From Clostridiales bacterium (lineage in GTDB: Bacteria; Bacillota; Clostridia; Lachnospirales; Lachnospiraceae), in assembly GCA_018376135.1 (NCBI GenBank), contig JAHABX010000008.1, forward strand, positions 29,793 through 93,792: DNA of 64,000 nucleotides, written 5' to 3'. Below the pieces are notes generated by a model, which worked only from the letters and a program-made list of their open reading frames with translations, was not told the origin of the DNA and searched no databases. Shown piece by piece: positions 29,877 through 38,017 of the stretch (position 1 is its first letter; each line of letters opens with the position of its first letter). The position numbers were made by a program, and so were the translations under genes.

Positions 29877-30671
29877 ATGTGCGGTGAATGGACACTGTAT
29901 GTCTGCGGAGCCAGAGGCTCTATGCCGGTACATGGAAGGGAATTTCAGGAATTTGGCGGAGCTACCAGCTGCTTTGTGGTGAAGAAGGGGACCTATGCGT
30001 TGATGGTGGACTGCGGAAGCGGTTTTTATCGGGCACGCGAGATTCTTGCGGAGTGTGTACAGGTAGATATTGTATTGACGCACCTTCATTACGATCACAT
30101 GATCGGACTTCTTGGCTATGGAGTGCTTCCAAAGCGGGCGAAAGTGAATTTCTACAGTACCTTTGACAGATGGTTTGGTTCAGAGACAATAAAGGAATTT
30201 TTCAGGGAGCCGTTCTGGCCGGTTGTGCCGGATATCGGGTCCTGTATTTCGGTGGAGTCGCCGGGAAGCATACAGCTGTCCGGCGGTATTGTGCTGTCTT
30301 TTTTTCCATCGGCACATCCGAATCAGGCAAATGTATGCAGACTTGAGATGGAAAACTTTGTACTCTGCATATCCTTTGACTATGAACATCTTGAAGAGCC
30401 TTCGGCGGCATTTCTGGAAGGCTGTGATCTGCTGATCTATGATGGCATGTATACAAAGGAAGAATATGAGCTTTATAAGGGATGGGGTCATTCCTGCTGG
30501 CAGGAGGGCTGCCGTCTTGCAAGGAAGTATAAGATCAGAAGGCTTCTGATCACGCATCACGGAACGACGCGTACGGACATGCAGCTAAGAGCCATGGAGG
30601 AGGAGGCGCGCCAGCATTTTCCCGGAGCAGCCTTTGCCCGTATGGGTGACCGGCTTGAACTTGTAAGGTGA
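29877..30671 (+). CDS. MBL-fold metallo-hydrolase
   Basis: LTHLHYDH metal-binding motif. RBS GGGGGGAGGAAA. Confidence 0.75.
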   Translation: MCGEWTLYVCGARGSMPVHGREFQEFGGATSCFVVKKGTYALMVDCGSGFYRAREILAECVQVDIVLTHLHYDHMIGLLGYGVLPKRAKVNFYSTFDRWFGSETIKEFFREPFWPVVPDIGSCISVESPGSIQLSGGIVLSFFPSAHPNQANVCRLEMENFVLCISFDYEHLEEPSAAFLEGCDLLIYDGMYTKEEYELYKGWGHSCWQEGCRLARKYKIRRLLITHHGTTRTDMQLRAMEEEARQHFPGAAFARMGDRLELVR

Positions 30672-30734
30672 AAAGAATCATACAGAAGATAAAAGAGAAC
30701 ATTGATACGAGAAAAGATGACGAGGAGAATGAAG

Positions 30735-33365
30735 ATGGGGGCTAAGATGAGAAAACGATGTTTTTCTGCTGCACTGGCGGTGATTTTTGCAGCCGGTGTT
30801 CTGTCTCCGCTGCCTTCCCGGGCTGCGGAGGTTCAGGTATCCGGACAGGAGGATACAGAAGTGGATCCGGAGAAGAATCCGGAGGAAGAGGTAATCCCGG
30901 AACCGGAGAAGAATCCGGAGGAAGAAGTAATCCCGGAACCGGAGAAGGAGCCGGAGGAAGAGGTAATCCCGGAGCCGGAGAAGAATCCGGAGGAAGAAGT
31001 GATCCCGATCCCGGAGAAAATCCCGGAGAAAGAAATAATTCCGGCTCCGGAAAATATTCTGGCAGAGGGAGACATGGAACCGTATATAATAGTTCCGGGC
31101 GGAGTAATCCGCACTCCGGAAGAGCTGCTGGCGTGGGTTGAATTTTTAGAAAGTGATCTGCCGTCGGACTGGACGATTCCGGCGATTACATTGGAAGCGG
31201 ATATTGATATGGCAGACTATTGTAATAAGAATCCGGAAACAGAGTGGAAGGGACTTGGTACAAAGGCTAATAAATTAAAAGGCTCTTTTGACGGAAAGGG
31301 GCATGTGGTGACGCTTCCGGGCAAAGGACCGGGACTGATCAACTATGCGTCGAATCTTGCACTTTCAAATGTAACAGTAAAGTCCGCAGCGCCCATCGAG
31401 TCATCCAATGAATATGGAGCAGCGGCAGGTATTGCCGCAAATGCAGAATACAGCACCATATCCAATTGTGTCAATCAGGCGGCAGTACAGAATTCCAGCG
31501 GAACGAGCCGTGAAAATATCTATGTGGGAGGTATTGTGGGCTATGCCAGCGATACGAAGATCGCTCATTGCTGGAACAGCGGCGTGATTACCGGAAGTCA
31601 GATTAATGGGAGTGAAAATGCCTATGCCGGTGGAATTGCAGGCGGTCTGTCCGCAGGGCAGGCGGCAGTGTCAGAATGCTTTAATATAGGAACCGTAAAG
31701 GGCAGTACTGCGGGCGGTATTGTTGGAAATATGAAAGACAGCAGCCTTAAAAACTGTTACAACAGCGGCTATGTTACAGGAGAAAATGCAGCAGGACTGG
31801 CAGGAGAGATGGAAGGAAGCTCTGTCATCACATCTATAAATACAGGAAGCGTGACTGCGGAGATAACTTCTAATCCGGTTGCAATTGCGTCTGGCGGCAC
31901 AGTCAAAAACTGTTATTATGACAATATCATCTGTAAGGGAACAGGTTCTGCCGGTTCAGAGGGAAAAACTACCTATGAGTTGTTGACCACAGGAAAGAGT
32001 CTGTGGACAGAGACGAATGACAGCTGGAATTATGAAGGCGGCTATTATCCGATGCTGAAGTTTTCTGCCGGTGATTCCGCCGCAGCAGCAAAGGTGGCTT
32101 CAGCCGCAGCCTATGTTCCTTCTGATGGATATGTAAGCCTCAGTGCGGGAAGCTGGTCTGCAGAAGGAGATGCGATTGATTTTGGCAGCAGTCTTAAACT
32201 GCCGTCTGTATTGACCTATGAGAATGGCGGATTTTCAAAGAATGTGGAGCTGCCGGATCCAGGATCCTGGTCAGGCGATTATTATGTGGTAACCGGTACG
32301 AAGCTGACTAAGTGGGATATTCCGATAAAAGTGCAGATTACTCTGGACGGGAAAGAGATACCGGCTCAGGGCGGAATTTATCAGCTGCCTTACAACAGCA
32401 GACCGGATATAAAGCTGACGGCTTCCGGAAGCGTTTCATTGGATAATCTGAAGTGGCTGGCACAGATCCCGGACGAAACGGGACTTACCTTATCCCCGGA
32501 TGCGGCGGGGACAGAGACCAGAATCACGGGAGCCGTTTCTCCGAAGCCGGGACAGGAAAGCTTCCGGATTCTGCTTTGTGCGGGAGTACCCGATCATTAT
32601 TACAATACATATGAATTTTACATTCAGGTAAAAGAGGGAGCGCCGGAGTTTGCAGTTACACTTCCGGAGGCAGAGCCGGATCCGGTCTATGATGGCAGAC
32701 CGGTAGAAGTTCTGTGCAGTCTGCCGGACGCCTCCGAGCAGCCCAATCTGGATAAATCTCAGATTGCCGTATCCTATTACTGCAAGGAGGGTTCTTCGGG
32801 CTGGATCCTTACGACTCCGGAAAACAGCGGAGCTTCGGCAGAAGGAAAGGAGCCTGTCCGGGCCGGGAGCTATAAGGCGGTGGTAAACTGTGCTGCAAAC
32901 GAATATTACCAGAGCGCACAAAAGGAGCTGGAATATACGATCCGCCAAAGAAGCCTGACAGACGCCATGCTCACGGATACAGACTGGTCAGTTCCGGAGT
33001 CTCTGAACAGTGCCGAGGCAAGAAAGCATGTGATCGTCCGGGAGACCGATACCGACATTGTGGAAGCCACAGGCAGAGAGCTTTTGAGGGAAGGAAAAGA
33101 GTATACGCTGACCTATGCAGGAACGACGGAATTGGGAACAGCATCAGTTACCGTCACCGGAATCGGAAATTATACAGGTACACTGGGGCGCAGCTATGAG
33201 ATACGGATCGGTTCCTGGCCCAATCGTTTGAAACCGGGAAATCCTTCTGTGCTGGGAGAGGGAAGCTGGTATCTGAAAGAACAGCCGGATGTGATCTATT
33301 ACGGCGGCAGCACATTTTGCGTGCCGAGTGAGGGAGAATATGTATTTCTTCCCGTATGGAGGTAA
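30735..33365 (+). CDS. large secreted/surface protein with a PEPEKNPEEEVI tandem repeat, GLUG-like Gly-rich repeats and Ig-like C-terminal domains
   Basis: Signal peptide. 4.5 copies of a 12-aa acidic repeat. Central repeats (AGGIAG / GGIVGY / AGGIVGN) resemble the GLUG motif. C-terminal beta-rich domains. Confidence 0.55.
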   Translation: MGAKMRKRCFSAALAVIFAAGVLSPLPSRAAEVQVSGQEDTEVDPEKNPEEEVIPEPEKNPEEEVIPEPEKEPEEEVIPEPEKNPEEEVIPIPEKIPEKEIIPAPENILAEGDMEPYIIVPGGVIRTPEELLAWVEFLESDLPSDWTIPAITLEADIDMADYCNKNPETEWKGLGTKANKLKGSFDGKGHVVTLPGKGPGLINYASNLALSNVTVKSAAPIESSNEYGAAAGIAANAEYSTISNCVNQAAVQNSSGTSRENIYVGGIVGYASDTKIAHCWNSGVITGSQINGSENAYAGGIAGGLSAGQAAVSECFNIGTVKGSTAGGIVGNMKDSSLKNCYNSGYVTGENAAGLAGEMEGSSVITSINTGSVTAEITSNPVAIASGGTVKNCYYDNIICKGTGSAGSEGKTTYELLTTGKSLWTETNDSWNYEGGYYPMLKFSAGDSAAAAKVASAAAYVPSDGYVSLSAGSWSAEGDAIDFGSSLKLPSVLTYENGGFSKNVELPDPGSWSGDYYVVTGTKLTKWDIPIKVQITLDGKEIPAQGGIYQLPYNSRPDIKLTASGSVSLDNLKWLAQIPDETGLTLSPDAAGTETRITGAVSPKPGQESFRILLCAGVPDHYYNTYEFYIQVKEGAPEFAVTLPEAEPDPVYDGRPVEVLCSLPDASEQPNLDKSQIAVSYYCKEGSSGWILTTPENSGASAEGKEPVRAGSYKAVVNCAANEYYQSAQKELEYTIRQRSLTDAMLTDTDWSVPESLNSAEARKHVIVRETDTDIVEATGRELLREGKEYTLTYAGTTELGTASVTVTGIGNYTGTLGRSYEIRIGSWPNRLKPGNPSVLGEGSWYLKEQPDVIYYGGSTFCVPSEGEYVFLPVWR
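30867..31052 (+). repeat. 36-nt tandem repeat (4 copies plus a degenerate one) encoding PEKNPEEEVIPE
   Basis: Directly visible near-identical 36-mers CCGGAGAAGAATCCGGAGGAAGA(G/A)GTAATCCCGGAA. Confidence 0.85.
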
Positions 33366-33376
33366 GGAAGAAGAGG

Positions 33377-34936
33377 ATGAAAGATATAAAAAAGATACTG
33401 GCAGCACTGGGCCTTCTGATGCTTGCTGCACTCATTCCGGCAGAAGCAAAGGCGGCTCCGGAAGCAAAGCAGGAAACTTCGGAGGTGAAGCAGACTGCCG
33501 GAGATGAGACCGAATGGGATATGACAGCAGACAAAATGAGCCTGGAACGGACAGAGGGCGATGTGATCGTCAAGAATGCAAAGGGAAAAGAGGTAACCCT
33601 TCGTGAGGGTGCAAAGCTTTTCAACGGCTATCAGATCACTACGGGAGAAGGCTACGCCTGGCTGAGCCTTGACGATACAAAGCTTATCAAGCTGGACTGG
33701 AATTCCAGAGTGACCATAAAGAAAAACGACAAAAAGCTGGATGTTATGCTGGAGAGCGGAAGTCTGTTCTTCAATATCAGCGAGCCGCTGGCAGAGGAAG
33801 AGAGCCTGGATATCCGGTCTGCTACCATGTCGACCGGAATTCGGGGGACCCTTGGACTTTTGTTCACCCAGAAGAGTGATGATTATCTGGACATGAAGGC
33901 AGTTTCTCATGCGGAGCTCTACGAAGGAAAGCTGGCTGTTTCCTATCACGGAAAGGATGGAAAGGTCATATTGACGGAGATGGAATCCGGCAGCCGGGAG
34001 ACCGTACGGACGATCCGCGAAAACTGTGATGGGGCGGCGTCTGCTCCCCTTTCAACAGGTATGCTCGACGGCATGTCTGTAAAGGATGCGCTGATGGAAT
34101 GTGGTTTTATAGCCATAGAGGTGAAAAATGATCCGGGACTGCAGGAGCGTCTGCTTCAGGGAGACAATGATATTGACGAAAAGGGACTGCAGGAGATCAT
34201 AGACCATGCCGAGGAACAGCTGGAAATGGATCAGAAGGAGCATCGGCTTCGTACAGCGGAGATAGAAAAAGAGCTGGAAAAGATAAAGGAACAGTTTGTG
34301 TCTCAGGGAGAGGGACCCGTGATGGATCAGGTATTTGGCGAAAAGACAGATCTGCCGGAGCTTCAGGAAGAGCCGGATCCTTTCGAGGAGCCGGACATTC
34401 TGGATGAACCGAAGATTCCGGAAGAGATCATGGAAGAAATAATGGAAGAAACGCAGACAGAAGGCGGACAGGAACCGGAGACGGAAGCCGGAACCACAAC
34501 GGAAGATCCGGGACAGGGAGAGGATGAGTCGGAATCCGAAGGCAGCTCAGAGGACAGAGATGAGACGGATCCCGGAGAGGAAGAGGGACCTGCAGAAGAA
34601 CCCGTGCTGCCGACTGACCCGGATCCCGACCCGACGCCGGATCCAACACCGGAACCGGACCCTGACCCGACACCGGATCCCGACCCCGATCCGACACCGG
34701 ACCCTGACCCGACACCGGAGCCGGAAGAAAAGACATTTACGATCCGCTTTGAAAGTGCAGACGGAAAACCTTTTGCAATACAGGCGGTAAAAGAGGGAAG
34801 TAAAGCAAAGAAACCGATCCTGATGCCGGAGGCATCCGGAGCATGGCAGGCGGATGGACAGGATTATGATTTTAGTGCGGAAGTGACAAAGGACCTGACG
34901 CTCAGATGGAAGAACACTGGCGGAGCCGGAGCATGA
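33377..34936 (+). CDS. secreted FecR-domain protein with a (D/T)P-rich linker
   Basis: Signal peptide. A FecR-like beta domain (VTLREGAKLFNGYQITTGEGYAWLSLDD...VTIKKNDKKLDVMLESGSLFFNI). A PDPDPTPDPTPEP low-complexity linker. RBS GGAGGTAAGGAAG. Confidence 0.55.
   Translation: MKDIKKILAALGLLMLAALIPAEAKAAPEAKQETSEVKQTAGDETEWDMTADKMSLERTEGDVIVKNAKGKEVTLREGAKLFNGYQITTGEGYAWLSLDDTKLIKLDWNSRVTIKKNDKKLDVMLESGSLFFNISEPLAEEESLDIRSATMSTGIRGTLGLLFTQKSDDYLDMKAVSHAELYEGKLAVSYHGKDGKVILTEMESGSRETVRTIRENCDGAASAPLSTGMLDGMSVKDALMECGFIAIEVKNDPGLQERLLQGDNDIDEKGLQEIIDHAEEQLEMDQKEHRLRTAEIEKELEKIKEQFVSQGEGPVMDQVFGEKTDLPELQEEPDPFEEPDILDEPKIPEEIMEEIMEETQTEGGQEPETEAGTTTEDPGQGEDESESEGSSEDRDETDPGEEEGPAEEPVLPTDPDPDPTPDPTPEPDPDPTPDPDPDPTPDPDPTPEPEEKTFTIRFESADGKPFAIQAVKEGSKAKKPILMPEASGAWQADGQDYDFSAEVTKDLTLRWKNTGGAGA
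34610..34725 (+). repeat. low-complexity CCGGA(T/C)CC(C/G)GAC repeats encoding (P-D/T/E)n
   Basis: Visible in sequence; it lies inside the FecR-domain gene. Confidence 0.6.
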
Positions 34937-36741
34937 AAGTAATATTTCAGAGAGAGACCGATTTTAGAAAGCTCAGAGCAGTATTGATCTCCGCGGCTGT
35001 TCTTCTGGTGGCTGGAAGCGGTCTTCTCTATACGCTGGACAGGCAGTTCGGAGACTGGCTGTATGAGAGAGAAAGCAGTCCGGATGAGCGTATTTTTGTA
35101 ATCGGTATTGATACCTATGCCATGGAGCAGATAGGGGCATGGCCCTGGGACAGGGCAGTCATGGCAGAGATTCTTGAGACCTTAAATGCAGATCCCGGGA
35201 GCAGACCTGCAGCCATTGGGCTGGATGTGGTATATGCCGGGGAGACCAGTGAGGAATCTGACAGGCGGCTGGTGGAAGCTGCTTCGGCAGGGAACGTGGC
35301 AGTGGCGTGTACCGTAAATTTTGAGAACAGCCTGATCCTGGAGGCAGACGGAAGTGCATATATGGATGCATTTGTTTCCACCGGAGCTTCCATGCCCTTC
35401 GAAACGCTGACGGCAGAGGTACGGACAGGACATATCAATGCTATGTATGACAAGGACGGGGTGCTCAGGAGACATCTCTGGTCTGTAGAAACGGCGGAAG
35501 GGGAGACCCTGTATTCTCTGCCGGAGGTGCTGGTGGATCTGTACTGCGAAGCAAACGGTATGGATACAGATTATAAGCCCCGGACGGATCAGAGAGGCTT
35601 CTGGTGGGTGGATTTCAGCGCCCAGCCGGGAGATTACTATTACTGTTCGGCTGCGGACATTCTGGACGGAGCCTATGACCCGGATATGCTGGAGGGAGCC
35701 ATAGTTCTGATTGGTCCTTACGAAGCGTCCATGTCTGATGATTTTGTGACACCGGCGGACCGGGCAAAGCGCATGTATGGTGTGGAGTATATGGCGAATG
35801 TGACCGCCAATATCCTGCAGCAGAATGAGAAGACAGAGCTTCCTCATGAGCTTCAGCTTATGCTTTTGTTCGCAGCCTGTATGGGGTGTGCCATGATTTT
35901 CCGTGAAATGAAAATGAGATGGATTTTTGTGGTATATGCAGGGATTCTGATCCTGTGTACCGCAGGCTTTTACGGATTTTACAGACAGGGATATATCATG
36001 CATCCGCTCTGGTTTTTGGCAGGGCTCAGTATTCTGTTCCTCAGTTCGCTGGTAGAGCAGTATACGCTGGCGGTCAGGGAAAGGCATCATGTAAGAAAGA
36101 CCTTTGAACGCTATGTAGACCCGGCGATCATCCGTGAGCTTTTGAAGGATGACGAGGCTTCGCAGGCACTCACGGGAAGAACGAAGAATATTGCGGTGCT
36201 GTTCGTGGATATTCGTGGATTTACGACCATGTCAGAGGAGCTTCCACCAGAGGAGGTCGTCCAGATCCTCAATGAATATCTGACGCTTACCAGCCGATGT
36301 GTGAAAAAGAGGAAAGGGACGCTGGACAAATTTATCGGGGACTGTACCATGGCATTCTGGGGAGCGCCCTTGAAGTGCATGGATCCGATCTATCAGGCGT
36401 GCAAGGCGGCTATGGATATGGTGGAGGGAGCCAGACCTTTGGAGGAAAAGCTTCTGAAACGCTTTGGCAGAGCGGTAAGCTTTGGTGTAGGAGTTCACTA
36501 CGGACCTGCCGTCGTGGGAAATATCGGAGCCCCGGACAGAATGGACTATACCGCGATCGGAGACACCGTCAATACGGCGTCCCGTCTGGAGTCCAAGGCA
36601 CCGCCGGGAACCATTTATATCAGCCGGATTGTGGCGGATATGCTGGGAGAGCGGGCAGTGACAGAGTCTCTGGAGAAGAAATTATTACTGAAGGGAAAGA
36701 CGGAAGGCATGGAAGTGCTGATATTGAAGGAGCTTAAGTAG
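34933..36741 (+). CDS. CHASE2-domain class III adenylate cyclase
   Basis: N-terminal TM and extracytoplasmic CHASE2-like region, C-terminal TM cluster, then a class III cyclase domain. Metal Asp residues FVDIRGFT and FIGDCTMAFWG. Substrate-specifying Lys (DKFIGD) and Asp (MDYTAIGDTVNTASR) indicate ATP. The ATG overlaps the upstream stop (ATGA). Confidence 0.8.
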   Translation: MKVIFQRETDFRKLRAVLISAAVLLVAGSGLLYTLDRQFGDWLYERESSPDERIFVIGIDTYAMEQIGAWPWDRAVMAEILETLNADPGSRPAAIGLDVVYAGETSEESDRRLVEAASAGNVAVACTVNFENSLILEADGSAYMDAFVSTGASMPFETLTAEVRTGHINAMYDKDGVLRRHLWSVETAEGETLYSLPEVLVDLYCEANGMDTDYKPRTDQRGFWWVDFSAQPGDYYYCSAADILDGAYDPDMLEGAIVLIGPYEASMSDDFVTPADRAKRMYGVEYMANVTANILQQNEKTELPHELQLMLLFAACMGCAMIFREMKMRWIFVVYAGILILCTAGFYGFYRQGYIMHPLWFLAGLSILFLSSLVEQYTLAVRERHHVRKTFERYVDPAIIRELLKDDEASQALTGRTKNIAVLFVDIRGFTTMSEELPPEEVVQILNEYLTLTSRCVKKRKGTLDKFIGDCTMAFWGAPLKCMDPIYQACKAAMDMVEGARPLEEKLLKRFGRAVSFGVGVHYGPAVVGNIGAPDRMDYTAIGDTVNTASRLESKAPPGTIYISRIVADMLGERAVTESLEKKLLLKGKTEGMEVLILKELK

Positions 36742-37800
36742 ATGGAAAAAGAGATACAGGAGTTGGACGGACAAAAGAAAAAGTATGTACTGGCAGGGCT
36801 TGTTGCGGTGATTCTTATAGCGGCAGTCGTTATTGCGGTTCTGCTGACGGGGAATGACAGAAGAGATGCGGTTCTTCGGTCACCTACGGGGATTCTGTAC
36901 GGAAGCGACGGGAATCTGTATCTGACGGATCAGGGGGGAAACAGCATCCTGCGCATGGATGAAGGGAACGTGAAACTGATCGCCGGTTATATGCTTCCGG
37001 CGGATATTTATGGAGATGCCATAGGCAGCTACGGGGATGGTACCTGGGATAAAGCGTTTTTTAATGCTCCCTTTGATCTGGAGGAATGGGGCGGAGGTCT
37101 TGCGGTCAGTGATACGGGAAATAACTGTATCCGGCTGGCAGCTTCGGACGGGATTGTCCGCACGCTTGCCGGCACGACAGTACAGGGCTGTCAGAACGGT
37201 ATGGCATATGAGGCAACCTTCTATGAGCCGAAAGGGATAGCGGCAGGTCCGGACGGAAGTCTTTATATTGCGGACAGCGGCAACGGAGTTATCCGCAGAC
37301 TGAGCGAGGACGGGCAGGTAGAGACGGTGGTTGGAGATATGGATACGCCTGTGGGGCTGAGCTGGGATGGCGACGTGCTTTATATTACGGATGCAGGAAC
37401 CAGTCAGATCCTGAAATATGAAAATGGAGAGCTGTCAGTGGTTGCAGGAGCCGCATATACCGATGAAGAGAGATCGCTTTTGGACGGAGATGCACAGAAC
37501 GCAGTCTTCTCGGCACCTCAGGGAATTCTGGCACAGGATGGCATGATCTATGTGGCGGATACCGGATTTTCTGCCATCCGCAGAATAAAGGACGGACAGG
37601 TGGACACCATTTCCATTTTTGAGGGGACAGGCAGCAATCTCTGGCCGGCAGGTCCTACGGGCATGGAAATGAAGGCCGGAAATCTCCTGATCGCAGATCC
37701 TTATTCGGGTGTAATATTTGAGGTTAAGGATCCGGATGAAACGCAGGCTGACGAAAATTATCATGAATTTCAATTAAATTTTTATAAAAAAATATATTGA
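36742..37800 (+). CDS. membrane-anchored NHL-repeat (beta-propeller) protein
   Basis: N-terminal TM, then repeated blades (GNLYLTDQGGNSILRM; LYIADSGNGVIRRL; LYITDAGTSQILKY; IYVADTGFSAIRRI). It starts 1 nt after the cyclase stop. Confidence 0.65.
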   Translation: MEKEIQELDGQKKKYVLAGLVAVILIAAVVIAVLLTGNDRRDAVLRSPTGILYGSDGNLYLTDQGGNSILRMDEGNVKLIAGYMLPADIYGDAIGSYGDGTWDKAFFNAPFDLEEWGGGLAVSDTGNNCIRLAASDGIVRTLAGTTVQGCQNGMAYEATFYEPKGIAAGPDGSLYIADSGNGVIRRLSEDGQVETVVGDMDTPVGLSWDGDVLYITDAGTSQILKYENGELSVVAGAAYTDEERSLLDGDAQNAVFSAPQGILAQDGMIYVADTGFSAIRRIKDGQVDTISIFEGTGSNLWPAGPTGMEMKAGNLLIADPYSGVIFEVKDPDETQADENYHEFQLNFYKKIY

Positions 37801-37835
37801 CAATCAATTCTGTTGGGTGTATGCTTTACGGCGTA

Positions 37836-37985
37836 AAGGCAATGGGGTCTTTAAGAAATCATTCTTAGAGCTTCATTGCCTTTCGTTATACCGGGAAATC
37901 TGATCATCAGGAGCAGAAAATCTTCCCTCGAAGAAGGCAATGGCGTCTTTAATGTTTTTAAACATTAAGGGCGCTTTTATTTTAT
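37836..37985 (+). promoter_or_regulatory. repeat-containing leader / putative transcription attenuator upstream of the amt-glnK fusion
   Basis: Two copies of AAGGCAATGG(G/C)GTCTTTAA at 37837 and 37934. A 10-bp inverted repeat AAAGGCAATG...CATTGCCTTT. A terminator-like hairpin GCGTCTTTAATGTTT...AAACATTAAGGGCGC plus TTTTATTTTAT ends ~30 nt before the RBS. Confidence 0.35.
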
Positions 37986-38017
37986 AGATATTTATGGAAA
38001 TCAAGGAGGAAATTTAT

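Noticed and set aside
30758-31141. Alternative frames (127 aa on +, 93 aa on -) across the 36-nt tandem repeat.
   Set aside because: They arise from the repeat periodicity. Only the signal-peptide-containing frame continues for 880 aa.
35182-36090. 302-aa minus-strand ORF inside the CHASE2 cyclase gene.
   Set aside because: It is antisense to the cyclase, whose catalytic motifs are intact on the + strand.
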